Of a DNA stretch of 64,000 nucleotides, positions 1 through 9,422 are shown piece by piece. The stretch is taken from NCBI GenBank assembly GCA_020634615.1, contig JACKBI010000019.1, positions 52,911-116,910 on the forward strand, read 5' to 3'. Both the position numbers and the translations under genes were made by a program. The notes beneath the pieces were generated by a model that saw only the letters and a list, made by a program, of their open reading frames with translations, made no database searches and was not told the origin of the DNA. The DNA is from Anaerolineales bacterium. GTDB lineage: Bacteria > Chloroflexota > Anaerolineae > JAAEKA01. Each line of letters starts with the position of its first letter. Position 1 is the first letter of the stretch.

Positions 1-1602
1 AAAATTTCCCCGGAAATCACCGAAGTCTGCCTGACAGCAGGTGACACGGCAACAGCTCAGTTCACCGCGTACCTCGTTATTGGAGCAAGCACTCGCTACG
101 ACATGGGAATGTACGTTGCGACTGGAGCGCCAGGCACAGGAAACGCAGAGACCGGTAGTTCCTGTTACAAGGATGTGTTGCAGCCAGTTGCTGCCCTTAA
201 TGCAGCGGGCAATCCACTCAATCCTCTTGGCGTCGGTCCGTTCAAGAATGAGGACGGTGATCTCTGTGGCGAGGCCAACCAGGGCGATCCTGCGTTGAGC
301 ACTGGCGGCGCGATCTACAAGTTGCAGCAATCGGTTACCATCACCTGCAACGACGCCAACAACGACGGCGTTGTTGATCCGATCAGCACCTGCCTGAGTT
401 GGGCAAACAATGGGAACCAGTATGCCTGCAATGCCGTCTCCGCGCTGGTCCCTGGCCCTGGAACCGGTGCGAAGTGTAACTGCGAGGATACCGCGCCCAA
501 TCCGCCCATTCTGCTCTACAAGGGCTACGACTTCGGCGACCTGCCGCAGGGCGTGGTTGCAGGGTCCAATTGCCCCACCGACTTCAACTATCCGACGCTG
601 GATGCCAACGGCGGCCCGAAACATGCTATACAGGATGTGGACAACAACGGCATACCTAATTTACAGGGCGCCGTACCAGCCATCTGGCTGGGGACGAACG
701 TAGACCACTCACCCGCTCCAGGCGAGACCGATGGACAGCCCAGCTTTGGAGCCGACGGCGATAACGTCAACGACCTCAACGATGAGACCGGCGTCGCATT
801 CACGGCGCCCTGGTACACCGGCGCCAACGGCGGCAAAGCGACTATGCTCATCTCAGCCGACGGCGCAGGCGCATGCAGTGTGGCCAACCCCTGTCACGTA
901 GCCATGTGGATCGACTGGAACGGCGACGGAACCTTTACGAACACCGACTTCCCGGCTGGCGAGCGTTATACCTTCGATTTCACCAACGGCGCCGGCACAA
1001 AGAATGTGACCTTCGACACGCCGGTCAGCGACTGGGGCGGCTGCGGAAATCTGTATGCCCGTGTCCGCCTGTATGATGACGTCCCGGCAACAGGCTACGC
1101 CCCCGGCGGGCTGGCTCTGAATGGTGAGGTCGAAGACTACAATGTAGGTTTGTCACCGACCGGCGTCACACTGGCCGACTTCTCGGCAGCCTGCGTCGAT
1201 GGCACACCTCTGTTGACCTGGGAAACGGTTAGCGAGCTTCAAAACCAGGGCTTCAACCTCTACCGCGGCGTCGACTCCTCCAATCCTGACACACAGCTCA
1301 ACGCGACCATGATTCCTTCCCAGGGACCGGGCAGCGCTCAGGGCTTTATGTACACTTGGCCTGACGACACGGCCCAGCCAGACACCATGTACTATTACTG
1401 GCTGGAAGACGTGGACTTCGCCGGTGCGACTGCCATGCACGGGCCGATCTCGGCGATGTGCTCGGCGCCGACGGCTGTCACCTTCAGCAACCTGGATGCT
1501 GGCAGCACCTCCGCCGGTGTGCTCAGTGGCTGGATGGTAGCGCTGGCCCTCGGCGTCATGCTGGCCGGCTTCGTAGCCGTGCGACGGATGCGCACCACCT
1601 AG
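1..1602 (+). CDS. Secreted/surface protein, 5'-truncated: Cys-rich N-region, GEVED domain, Ig-like 'PTGVTLADFSA..TWETVSE..GFNLYR' domain, C-terminal PTAVT-TM-basic tail
   Basis: Frame 1 is open from base 1 (KISPEITEVC..) into the 103..1602 ORF. It has GYDFGDLP, WIDWNGDG and NGEVEDY (GEVED) motifs and ends PTAVTF..hydrophobic..RRMRTT. Confidence 0.85.
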   Translation, partial: KISPEITEVCLTAGDTATAQFTAYLVIGASTRYDMGMYVATGAPGTGNAETGSSCYKDVLQPVAALNAAGNPLNPLGVGPFKNEDGDLCGEANQGDPALSTGGAIYKLQQSVTITCNDANNDGVVDPISTCLSWANNGNQYACNAVSALVPGPGTGAKCNCEDTAPNPPILLYKGYDFGDLPQGVVAGSNCPTDFNYPTLDANGGPKHAIQDVDNNGIPNLQGAVPAIWLGTNVDHSPAPGETDGQPSFGADGDNVNDLNDETGVAFTAPWYTGANGGKATMLISADGAGACSVANPCHVAMWIDWNGDGTFTNTDFPAGERYTFDFTNGAGTKNVTFDTPVSDWGGCGNLYARVRLYDDVPATGYAPGGLALNGEVEDYNVGLSPTGVTLADFSAACVDGTPLLTWETVSELQNQGFNLYRGVDSSNPDTQLNATMIPSQGPGSAQGFMYTWPDDTAQPDTMYYYWLEDVDFAGATAMHGPISAMCSAPTAVTFSNLDAGSTSAGVLSGWMVALALGVMLAGFVAVRRMRTT

Positions 1603-1624
1603 CTTCATACAAGACTCACTGAAG

Positions 1625-1657
1625 AAACGCCGGATCTGTTCGCAGGTCCGGCGTTTT
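1625..1657 (+). terminator. Intrinsic terminator
   Basis: AAACGCCGGATCTG-TTCG-CAGGTCCGGCGTTTT hairpin with T tail, 22 nt after the stop. Confidence 0.75.
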
Positions 1658-1680
1658 GCGTTGGTGCTGAAACCTGCAAG

Positions 1681-1710
1681 AAGGCGGACTTTTTCGACAA
1701 AGTCGAACTG
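1681..1710. repeat. REP-like palindrome, GACTTTTT..AAAGTC family (degenerate copy)
   Basis: AAGGCGGACTTTTTCGACAAAGTCGAACTG resembles the copies at 4029 and 22782. Confidence 0.5.
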
Positions 1711-1914
1711 CGCGGACCGCTGACATTTCAATCGCAACCCACGTTGCTGCGCAAGCCTGGAAGTATTCATGCGACAATTCTTGACAACCAATGTCAAGCT
1801 TTCCCGGCAGACAACCTCGCATTTGTCGGTTACAATCATAAGAACTATTCGTTTGCCAACTGATGGTGGGCACAATCATAACGCCACAGCGGTCTGGGAT
1901 GGAAGGACCGTCAC

Positions 1915-2562
1915 ATGATTTCATTGTTCCTGGTCGATCATAGCCTACCGGTCAGCAAAAGTGTCAGGTCTTCCCTGGAAGCGTTGCCTGGATGCCGGCT
2001 GATTGGCCACGAATTAGCTGTTCCCGATGCACTGAACGGCATAAGGCAGCGGAGGCCAGACGTAGCGGTGATCAGCGTCGGTTCCGACTTCCCGACTGCG
2101 GTGGAAACAAGCCGTCGCGTTCGGACGGAAGAGCCGTCTGCCAGGGTGATGCTGATTGCTTCTACACCGACTTCAAAGCAACTCGTGCGTGCGTTGGAGG
2201 CGGGCGTTCACGGCATTGTTACCAATCCTGCCGATCTGATGGTATTGGCAGCGGCCGTTCGGGCGGTGTGCGCCGGTGTCACCTATCTTAGTCAGGAAGC
2301 GACCGAAATCATGGTCAACGACTATCTTCGGCGAAAGGCCCGCAACAGCCGGAAGACCCAGTTCGGCCGGCTGAGCGGCCGGGAAAGGGAGGTGCTCCAA
2401 CGATTGACCAGCGGCGCGTCGACGTCCGACATAGCACACGCGTTGAACCTGTCGCCCAAGACGGTCGATACCTACCGGCGACGGGCCATGGTCAAGCTCG
2501 AGGTGACAACCGTAGCGGCGCTCGTCAAGGTGGCGATTGCCAACGAAGTCACGGCGTCGTAA
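1915..2562 (+). CDS. NarL/FixJ-family response regulator (LuxR HTH) with a degenerate receiver domain
   Basis: C-terminal LSGREREVLQRL..GASTSDIA..LNLSPKTVDTYRRRAMVKL LuxR HTH. The N-terminal receiver-like region lacks the phospho-Asp and the Lys. Confidence 0.9.
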   Translation: MISLFLVDHSLPVSKSVRSSLEALPGCRLIGHELAVPDALNGIRQRRPDVAVISVGSDFPTAVETSRRVRTEEPSARVMLIASTPTSKQLVRALEAGVHGIVTNPADLMVLAAAVRAVCAGVTYLSQEATEIMVNDYLRRKARNSRKTQFGRLSGREREVLQRLTSGASTSDIAHALNLSPKTVDTYRRRAMVKLEVTTVAALVKVAIANEVTAS

Positions 2563-2671
2563 TGAGAGTTGGTAGCGACCAGCGCCCGGCACAGGGCGCT
2601 GCTGGTTGAACAGGCGGCACTGAAGTCGCAACTGAATTTTGGAGTTCACAGAATCAAGAAGGAGAGGGACC

Positions 2672-3952
2672 ATGTCATCCAAGAGACCTGTTCCGCGACG
2701 AACCACCAGGCTGGCGCTTGCGCTAGCTTCGGTTCTGGTGCTCGTCATAGTTTTCGCCGGCGTCGTCAGTGCGCTGACAGCCGGCAATGTCGATGGCGTC
2801 TGGGGAGATCCGCCCGGAACGAATCCCCAGGAGTTTCGCTGGTGCTACGCACCGGACAACACGGGCGCGCCGGCTGGCGATCCGACAAGCTGTAGCACCT
2901 CCAATGCCGGCATCCAGAACGGGCCTAATAGCACATTGACCGACGAAAACCAGGTTCGCTACGGTGACCCAGCAGTAGGCAGCGGCAGCGCCAACCGCAG
3001 CGGCTTCGGCTTCAACGGCAACAACTCCGTAGGCGTCGTGGCCGCCGACACGCCGTTCTATCTCGGCCGGTTCACGCACTACAATCGGCCGATTTACGCC
3101 GACCCCGTCCTGACTGACATTAGCATCGATGTTACGGTGGGTGGCATTCTGTGTGACGATAACAGCGTGCCGGCTGAAGGCTCGACCCAGACGTTCACGT
3201 ATGATGTGACGCTGGAGGAGACCAACAATAATCCTGACAACTGGCCAAATGATACCTGCCCATACGGCGAGACAGTGCCGTACAACAATCCCTACGGAGG
3301 GTGCAACGACCGCGTCACCATCAGCCAGGTGCCTGACACCGAGTTCACTTGTCCTGAGGGTGTGCGCACCGTCCAGATCCTGGGCTTCATCCCCGGCGCG
3401 GGCTGCCATCTGACATACAACCCGCCGACATCTTCTGCTTTCGTGACGGCCGAAAGCTCGCAGAACGAGGCATGCCTTTGGGCGCGCATCTCCGATCCCA
3501 CCACGCCATTGGCGGTGACGCTGGCGTCGTTCGAAGCGACCGGCCAGACCGACCGGGTGATGATCACATGGGAGACGGTCAGCGAATTGCAGAACGCCGG
3601 CTTCAACCTCTATCGTAGCGCGAACAACTACCAAGTTGGCGAGCGCGTCAACGCGGAGTTGATCCCGTCCCAGGCCCCCGGCAGCGCGCAAGGCTCTGCC
3701 TACCAGTTCGAAGATCTCGACGTAACGCCGGGCCAGACCTACTGGTACTCGCTGGAGGATGTCGATCTAAGCGGCGGCACGGCGTTGCATGGACCGGTCT
3801 CCGCAACCGTGTTGACGCCGACGGCGGTTACCCTCGGCGACCTAAGCGCGGCCAGTGCTGCGAGCCCCAGCCTGCTTATCGCGCTTGCTGCGGCTGTCTT
3901 GGGTGTCGTCGTCTTTGGGGCCTTTGCCCTGCGCCAGAGACGAAGCATCTGA
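2672..3952 (+). CDS. Secreted/surface protein with THxN (choice-of-anchor K-like) domain, Ig-like PLAVTL domain and PTAVT-TM-basic tail
   Basis: AAGGAGAGG SD before ATG 2672, N-terminal signal/TM, FYLGRFTHYNRPI motif. The last 148 aa are homologous to the end of the first gene. Confidence 0.85.
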   Translation: MSSKRPVPRRTTRLALALASVLVLVIVFAGVVSALTAGNVDGVWGDPPGTNPQEFRWCYAPDNTGAPAGDPTSCSTSNAGIQNGPNSTLTDENQVRYGDPAVGSGSANRSGFGFNGNNSVGVVAADTPFYLGRFTHYNRPIYADPVLTDISIDVTVGGILCDDNSVPAEGSTQTFTYDVTLEETNNNPDNWPNDTCPYGETVPYNNPYGGCNDRVTISQVPDTEFTCPEGVRTVQILGFIPGAGCHLTYNPPTSSAFVTAESSQNEACLWARISDPTTPLAVTLASFEATGQTDRVMITWETVSELQNAGFNLYRSANNYQVGERVNAELIPSQAPGSAQGSAYQFEDLDVTPGQTYWYSLEDVDLSGGTALHGPVSATVLTPTAVTLGDLSAASAASPSLLIALAAAVLGVVVFGAFALRQRRSI

Positions 3953-3970
3953 GACTTTGGTTAGATTCGC

Positions 3971-4004
3971 AAAGCGCCGGACCTGTCGACAGGTCCGGCG
4001 TTTT
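3971..4004 (+). terminator. Intrinsic terminator, near-identical to 1625..1657
   Basis: AAAGCGCCGGACCTG-TCGA-CAGGTCCGGCGTTTT. Confidence 0.75.
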
Positions 4005-4028
4005 GATTTTGATCCGGCAAACCGCCAA

Positions 4029-4070
4029 GCCAGGAAGTCCGACTTTTTCAGCAAAGCCAGACTTCCTGGC
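4029..4070. repeat. REP-like palindrome, GAAGTCCGACTTTTT family
   Basis: GCCAGGAAGTC..GACTTCCTGGC inverted arms. Confidence 0.6.
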
Positions 4071-4081
4071 TGGGTGCGCTC

Positions 4082-4110
4082 TTGTGAAGGGGTGCTGGCG
4101 GTGTTATAAT
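4082..4110 (+). promoter_or_regulatory. Sigma70-type promoter for the moxR operon
   Basis: TTGTGA-17 nt-TATAAT with TGn extended -10. Confidence 0.65.
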
Positions 4111-4197
4111 CCCCGCGCCGGCCCGCGTTGAACGAATCGGGCGTGTCGCCGGTGTCCTGTGTGTACCGCTCCATCTCCCCAAACGAAAGGCTCCCGC

Positions 4198-5133
4198 GTG
4201 ATACGAGATACCGCCCTCGCGCTGAAAGAGAACATCGGTAAGGTCATCATCGGCAAGGATGGCATGGTCGAGCTGCTGCTGGTGGCCATGCTCAGCGACG
4301 GCCATGTGCTGATCGAAGACGTGCCCGGCACCGGCAAGACGACGCTGGCCAAGGCGCTGGCCCGCTCGCTGGACCTGAGCTTCGCCCGCATTCAGTTTAC
4401 CCCCGACCTGCTGCCTTCGGACGTGACCGGCATCAACTTCTACAACCAGAAGACACAGGAGTTCGAGTTCCGCGCCGGCCCGGTGGTCAGCCAGATCCTG
4501 CTGGCCGACGAGATCAACCGGGCGACGCCGCGCACCCAGTCGGCGCTGCTGGAGGCGATGCAGGAGCGCCAGGTGACGGTGGACCGCGAGACCTATCGCC
4601 TGCCGCACCCCTTTCTGGTGCTGGCGACGCAGAACCCCATCGAGCTGGAGGGCACCTTCCCGCTGCCCGAGGCGCAGGTCGACCGCTTCCTGATGCAGAT
4701 CAGCCTGGGCTACCCCGACGAGGCGGAGGAGAACGACATCCTGCTGCGTTACCAGCAATCCGACCCGCTGGACAGTCTCACGCCAGTCGTGTCAGGTGAG
4801 CAGTTGCGAACCATGCAGGCCGAAGTGCGCAGCATACGCGTCGAGGAGTCGGTGCGTCAGTATCTGGTACGGGTGACGCGAGCCACGCGTGAGCACCAGG
4901 CCGTGGAGCTGGGCGTCAGCCCGCGCGGCACGCTGGCTCTGTATCGCGCCAGCCAGGCGCTGGCGGCGGTGCGCGGCCGCGGCTTCGTCATCCCCGACGA
5001 CGTCAAGCTGCTGGCGCCCTACGTCCTGACCCACCGCATCCACATCAGCCCGCAGACGCGCCTGCGCGGCCGCACGCCGCAGGAGGTCGTTGGGCAGATC
5101 GTGTCCGAAGTGCCGGTGCCGGTGGAAGCGTAG
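4198..5133 (+). CDS. moxR: MoxR-family AAA+ ATPase
   Basis: GHVLIEDVPGTGKT Walker A, RIQFTPDLLPSD, LLADEINRATPRTQSALLEAM, ATQNPIE..GTFPLPEAQVDRF. GTG start at 4198 is inferred. Confidence 0.95.
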   Translation: MIRDTALALKENIGKVIIGKDGMVELLLVAMLSDGHVLIEDVPGTGKTTLAKALARSLDLSFARIQFTPDLLPSDVTGINFYNQKTQEFEFRAGPVVSQILLADEINRATPRTQSALLEAMQERQVTVDRETYRLPHPFLVLATQNPIELEGTFPLPEAQVDRFLMQISLGYPDEAEENDILLRYQQSDPLDSLTPVVSGEQLRTMQAEVRSIRVEESVRQYLVRVTRATREHQAVELGVSPRGTLALYRASQALAAVRGRGFVIPDDVKLLAPYVLTHRIHISPQTRLRGRTPQEVVGQIVSEVPVPVEA

Positions 5134-5135
5134 CA

Positions 5136-6518
5136 ATGGCCGACGAGAAAGAGCGGATGCAATCAGCGCCGGTGCAGGCGCCCCTGGTCGTCCCGACCAT
5201 GATGGGCGGCGGCGTGGCCGCGTCGCAGGCGATCCCCGGCGCACGCGGCCTGCGCGGCCGGCTGGTCATCGACGCCAGCAAGGAGACCCAGTTCAGCGAC
5301 GCCTGGATCGCGATCGCCATCATCCTCTTCGTGGCCGGGCTGATCTTCCGCCAGGGCAGCCTGATCCTGATCGCCGGGCTGCTGGCGCTGGTATCGGTCG
5401 TGGCGTGGGCGTGGGACCGGCTGGCGCTGGGCGCGCTGGAATACCGGCGCGACTTCAGCGAGCGGCGCGCCTTCGTCGGCGAGACGGTCGAACTGGACCT
5501 GACGGTCAGCAACCGCAAGCTGCTGCCGGTGAGCTGGCTGCGCATCGACGACCGCGTGCCGATGGCGCTGCCGCTGGAAGGGATCGAGGTGCTGCCCACC
5601 AACGTGCCCACCGTCGGGCTGGTGCGCATGGTCTACGCGCTGCGCTGGTACGAGCGGGTGCATCGCCGCTACCGCATCCAGTGCGACCAGCGCGGCTTCT
5701 TCCCCTTCGGCCCGGCCGATCTGGAAGCGGGCGACCTGTTCGGGCTTTTCAGCCGCAAGCGCCGCCTGGATAAGCGCCAGTGGTTCATCGTCTACCCGCG
5801 CGTCGAGAGCTTGACTGACCTCGGCCTGCCGCCCAAGGAGCCCTTCGGCCCGGTCAAGGCGCAGCGCCAACTCTTCGACGATCCGATCCGCACCGTGGGC
5901 GTGCGCGACCATCACCCCGAGGACGACTTTCGCCGCATCCACTGGAAGGCCACCGCGCGCCGCCAGGCGTTGCAAAGCCGCGTCTACGAGCCATCCACCG
6001 CGCAGAACCTGGTCATCATCCTCAACGTGGCGACCATGGCCAAGCACTGGCAGGGCTACATCCCCGAACGCATGGAGCGGGTGGTCAGCGTGGCCGCCTC
6101 GGCTGCGACCCATGCCGTGGAACAACGCTGGCCGGTGGGCATCCTCACCAACGGCGCGCTGCCCGAGTCGGACCAGGCGGTCAAGGTGCTGCCGGGCCGC
6201 AGCCCCGGCCAGTTGACGCACATCATGGAGGCGCTGGCTGCTGTCAGCCCGGTGGCGACCCGCCAGATCGAGGATCTGCTGCGCGAGGAAAGCCCCAAGC
6301 TGCCCTGGGGCAGCACGCTGGTGGTCGTCACCGCCATCGTCACCGACCCACTGAAGGCCACGCTGGCCGATCTGCGCGCACGTGGCCGGCGCATCGTGCT
6401 GGCGACGCTGGACGAGGTGGATGAAGCGGATCCGCTGCTGGCCGGGATTCTGGTGCGCAACATCGCCGGCGGGTTGCCGGCCGGCGAAACCGTCACGCTG
6501 CCGGGAGGCGGGCCATGA
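5136..6518 (+). CDS. DUF58 domain protein (MoxR-associated)
   Basis: N-terminal TM pair, GVRDHHPEDDFRRIHWKATAR motif, immediately after moxR. Confidence 0.9.
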   Translation: MADEKERMQSAPVQAPLVVPTMMGGGVAASQAIPGARGLRGRLVIDASKETQFSDAWIAIAIILFVAGLIFRQGSLILIAGLLALVSVVAWAWDRLALGALEYRRDFSERRAFVGETVELDLTVSNRKLLPVSWLRIDDRVPMALPLEGIEVLPTNVPTVGLVRMVYALRWYERVHRRYRIQCDQRGFFPFGPADLEAGDLFGLFSRKRRLDKRQWFIVYPRVESLTDLGLPPKEPFGPVKAQRQLFDDPIRTVGVRDHHPEDDFRRIHWKATARRQALQSRVYEPSTAQNLVIILNVATMAKHWQGYIPERMERVVSVAASAATHAVEQRWPVGILTNGALPESDQAVKVLPGRSPGQLTHIMEALAAVSPVATRQIEDLLREESPKLPWGSTLVVVTAIVTDPLKATLADLRARGRRIVLATLDEVDEADPLLAGILVRNIAGGLPAGETVTLPGGGP

Positions 6519-7984
6519 GCCAACTTGCCGCGGGCGCAGCCCGGCCGGCCGGCGGCCGCACGCGCTGGCGCTATCACACGCTGCGCATCGCCTTTGCCGG
6601 CACGGAGATGAGCTGGTTCACGCCTTTCTTCATCGTCTTCGTCCCGGCCGCGCGCGCCTGGCCGCCGCTGGCGCTGGGTGGGCTGCTGTTGCTGGTGGAG
6701 TTGGGCTTCTACTTCTGGTCGGAGTTCGCCGAGCGGCGCCAACTGAGCGGCGGAGTCGAGCGGCTGACGGCGCTGCTGGCGCTGCCGGTGCTGATCCTGC
6801 TGGGCTGGCGCCTCTTCCTCTTCCCCGGCCTGCCGGCGGGCGATATGCGCTGGATACCGGCCGCGTTCTCCGGCCTGGTCACGTCGGAGGGAGCCGGCTT
6901 CTGGGCGATCATGGCGACCGTGCTCTTCCTCTGGTGGCGCGGCCTGTCGCTCAGCCGGCGTGAGTTCGACTTCGAGTCGGTGTCCTTTTCCTTCCGCGTC
7001 GGCCTGCTGTTACTGGTGGTCGGCACGCTGCTGCTGACCGTAACGTCGAGCCGTGAGGTGCTGGCCTTCATCTTCCCCTTCTTCTTCTTCAGCCTGATCG
7101 CGGTGTCGCTGGCGCGGCTGGAGGAGGTGGGCCGGATCAAGGGCGAGGTCGGCACGCTGTTCGACCTGACCTGGCTGGGCATCCTGCTGGGAACCATCGT
7201 CCTGGTGCTGGGCGCGGGCCTGCTGCTGGTGCTGCTGGCCCGCCCCGAGAGCATCGACGCGATCCGGGCCGCCTGGGCGCCGGTGGGCGGCTGGCTGCTG
7301 GACGTCTTTGCCAAGATAATTACCATCGTGCTGTGGCCGTTCGAGCCGCTGATGCGCTGGCTGTCCAATATCTTCGCCGAGGGTTTCCGGTTGATGGAGG
7401 AGTCGGGCGCATTGCAGACATTCCTGGCTGTCGGCCCCATCGAGGTCGAGCAGAACGACCCGGAGACCGTGTCGCGTGTCTTTGAAATGATCCTGACCGC
7501 CGTGCGCATGCTGTGCGGGCTGGGCGTGCTGGCGGCACTTTTGGGCGGCGGACTGTGGGCGCTGCAGCGCGAACGTAAGCGACAGCGCGAGGAAGCCGAG
7601 GTCCACGAAGACATAGAGGCAGGGCTGGGCGATGCGCTGGCCGGGCTGCTGCGCGGCGTGCGCGACCGGCTGCGCGGCGCGGCCAATCTGGTGGGCCAGT
7701 TCGGCATGGGCAGTGATCTGTTGGCAGCGCTGTCGGTGCGCAACATCTACGCCAACACGGCCCGACTGGCCAAGAAGCGCGGCTATCCCCGCCACAAGGC
7801 ACGCACCGCCTACGAATATCTCCCCGACCTGCAAGCCGCCTTCCCCGCCGCCCGCGAAGAAGCGCGCCAGATCACCGATGCCTACGTCAGCGTCGCCTAC
7901 GGCGATCTACCCACCAGCAAGGAAGATCTGGCCAATCTGCGCGCTGCGTACGAGCGGTTGAAGGACAGTCCACCGCAGAACTGA
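6515..7984 (+). CDS. Polytopic membrane protein with C-terminal DUF4129-like domain
   Basis: Many TM segments. The C-terminus (IYANTARLAKKRGYPR..TAYEY..ITDAYVSVAYG) fits DUF4129. ATGA overlap with the DUF58 gene. Confidence 0.8.
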   Translation: MSQLAAGAARPAGGRTRWRYHTLRIAFAGTEMSWFTPFFIVFVPAARAWPPLALGGLLLLVELGFYFWSEFAERRQLSGGVERLTALLALPVLILLGWRLFLFPGLPAGDMRWIPAAFSGLVTSEGAGFWAIMATVLFLWWRGLSLSRREFDFESVSFSFRVGLLLLVVGTLLLTVTSSREVLAFIFPFFFFSLIAVSLARLEEVGRIKGEVGTLFDLTWLGILLGTIVLVLGAGLLLVLLARPESIDAIRAAWAPVGGWLLDVFAKIITIVLWPFEPLMRWLSNIFAEGFRLMEESGALQTFLAVGPIEVEQNDPETVSRVFEMILTAVRMLCGLGVLAALLGGGLWALQRERKRQREEAEVHEDIEAGLGDALAGLLRGVRDRLRGAANLVGQFGMGSDLLAALSVRNIYANTARLAKKRGYPRHKARTAYEYLPDLQAAFPAAREEARQITDAYVSVAYGDLPTSKEDLANLRAAYERLKDSPPQN

Positions 7985-8049
7985 CTGCCCTGTTGGTCGC
8001 TAAAGGAGGCTTCAATGCGAGCATCGGCCCCGTCGGCGAGCCAGAGGCG

Positions 8050-9411
8050 TCATTCCTTCGTCAGCAGCGGCAGATAGGTCCGCCGACGCACCTGGGGCTT
8101 CTCCATGCACTGCCACGTTGCCCCGCCGTCGTCGGAGCGATACATGTAAGCATCAATGGTACCCGCCACGTAAGCCCGCATGAACAAGCTGTACGGCCGG
8201 ACAGGCGTTGGCGATCCCGGCGCACCAACCCGCGGCAGGAAGACCTGGTGGAGCAGGGTGCTGCTGTTCACCGCTGCCATCGCATCGCTTACCGGCTCGC
8301 TGGCGCCGGCCACCTCTATCGTTGATGCCTCTGCCTGTGCGGCTACCTCCAGGCTGAACACCGTCCCCGACACTGTCAACCGCCGCCAGCTCTGCCCATC
8401 ATCGTAGCTGGCATACAGCCCCGCTCTTGTAGCAGCGACATAGATGGTGGGGTCGTCCGGATAACCGGGCGCAAAGCGTGGATAATATCTTCCCAGCTCC
8501 GTCAGTGACGAGTCGCACACAGCGGTCGTGCCGCGCGGGAAGATGGCCTGCCAGGTCAAACCGCCGTCCTTGCTCTGAAACAATGAGTTTTGGTAGAGCC
8601 CCATGAGCAGGGCGCCGTTGCGCGTGTAGCCGGGTGATACGACGAAGTCGCTGTACAAAAACATATCGTCGCACATGCCTTGCCCGGCTGCCTGCCACGT
8701 CGCGCCACCGTCGCGTGACAGAATGAAGGCAGTGCCCAACGTGGGACTGTTGCTCATCAACGTGGCCCACAAGGTCTGGTCGTTATCGTAGTCCGGCGAC
8801 ACTGCCACTTTCCAGACGTGGGTTTCCTCCCAAACCATCTGCCAGGTCATGCCGCCGTCATCAGAGCGAGCGACACCAAAGGGCAACGGGCTCCAGCCGT
8901 ACATCCACCAGCGCGGCTGAAACAGGATCGGCGTTTGTCCCGCTGCTCGCAGACTGTACGAAATGCAATCATCATCAAATGAACTGCAACTTGCAACTCG
9001 CTCTTCCCATCCATCCCCTGTTTGCTCGCTGCGATACAGGTGATACTGGCGATGGAAGATGTCGTTTACGCCGAGATAGAGGGTTAGCCCCCTATCGGCG
9101 CTGTGCGGAGTCATCTGGAACTGCTCTATTTTGGCAGGGTACAGCGGACTGGACGTGAATTTGAAGACCTGCAACCATGTTTCGCCGTTGTCCTGGCTGC
9201 GCCACAACGAATTCTCGGACTGATTGATCCAGAATATCGTATCATCCTCATTGTATTGAGGCGACGGGAATACCAAGTCCAGGCCCAACTCTTGTTGGCA
9301 CGCTGGCAAGGGCGTCTGTGCCTGGGCAGTTTGGCTGTTCCCCAGAACCAGGAACACCAGCAACAGGAATGCTGAAGTTATGGTCGTCCTGAAGAGGGTT
9401 GCTCGTCTCAT
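8050..9411 (-). CDS. Secreted Asp-box/BNR beta-propeller protein with C-terminal YLPLL motif
   Basis: Signal peptide from ATG 9411 (MRRATLFR..AQA), six SxDxGxTW-type Asp boxes, ends RRRTYLPLLTKE. Confidence 0.8.
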   Translation of the reverse strand: MRRATLFRTTITSAFLLLVFLVLGNSQTAQAQTPLPACQQELGLDLVFPSPQYNEDDTIFWINQSENSLWRSQDNGETWLQVFKFTSSPLYPAKIEQFQMTPHSADRGLTLYLGVNDIFHRQYHLYRSEQTGDGWEERVASCSSFDDDCISYSLRAAGQTPILFQPRWWMYGWSPLPFGVARSDDGGMTWQMVWEETHVWKVAVSPDYDNDQTLWATLMSNSPTLGTAFILSRDGGATWQAAGQGMCDDMFLYSDFVVSPGYTRNGALLMGLYQNSLFQSKDGGLTWQAIFPRGTTAVCDSSLTELGRYYPRFAPGYPDDPTIYVAATRAGLYASYDDGQSWRRLTVSGTVFSLEVAAQAEASTIEVAGASEPVSDAMAAVNSSTLLHQVFLPRVGAPGSPTPVRPYSLFMRAYVAGTIDAYMYRSDDGGATWQCMEKPQVRRRTYLPLLTKE

Positions 9412-9422
9412 AATGCATACCC

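Noticed and set aside
4048-7834. Long minus-strand ORFs across the moxR operon (also over the hyp, rnj, ade and hutI genes)
   Set aside because: Antisense shadows expected at this GC content; the opposite strand carries recognisable proteins.
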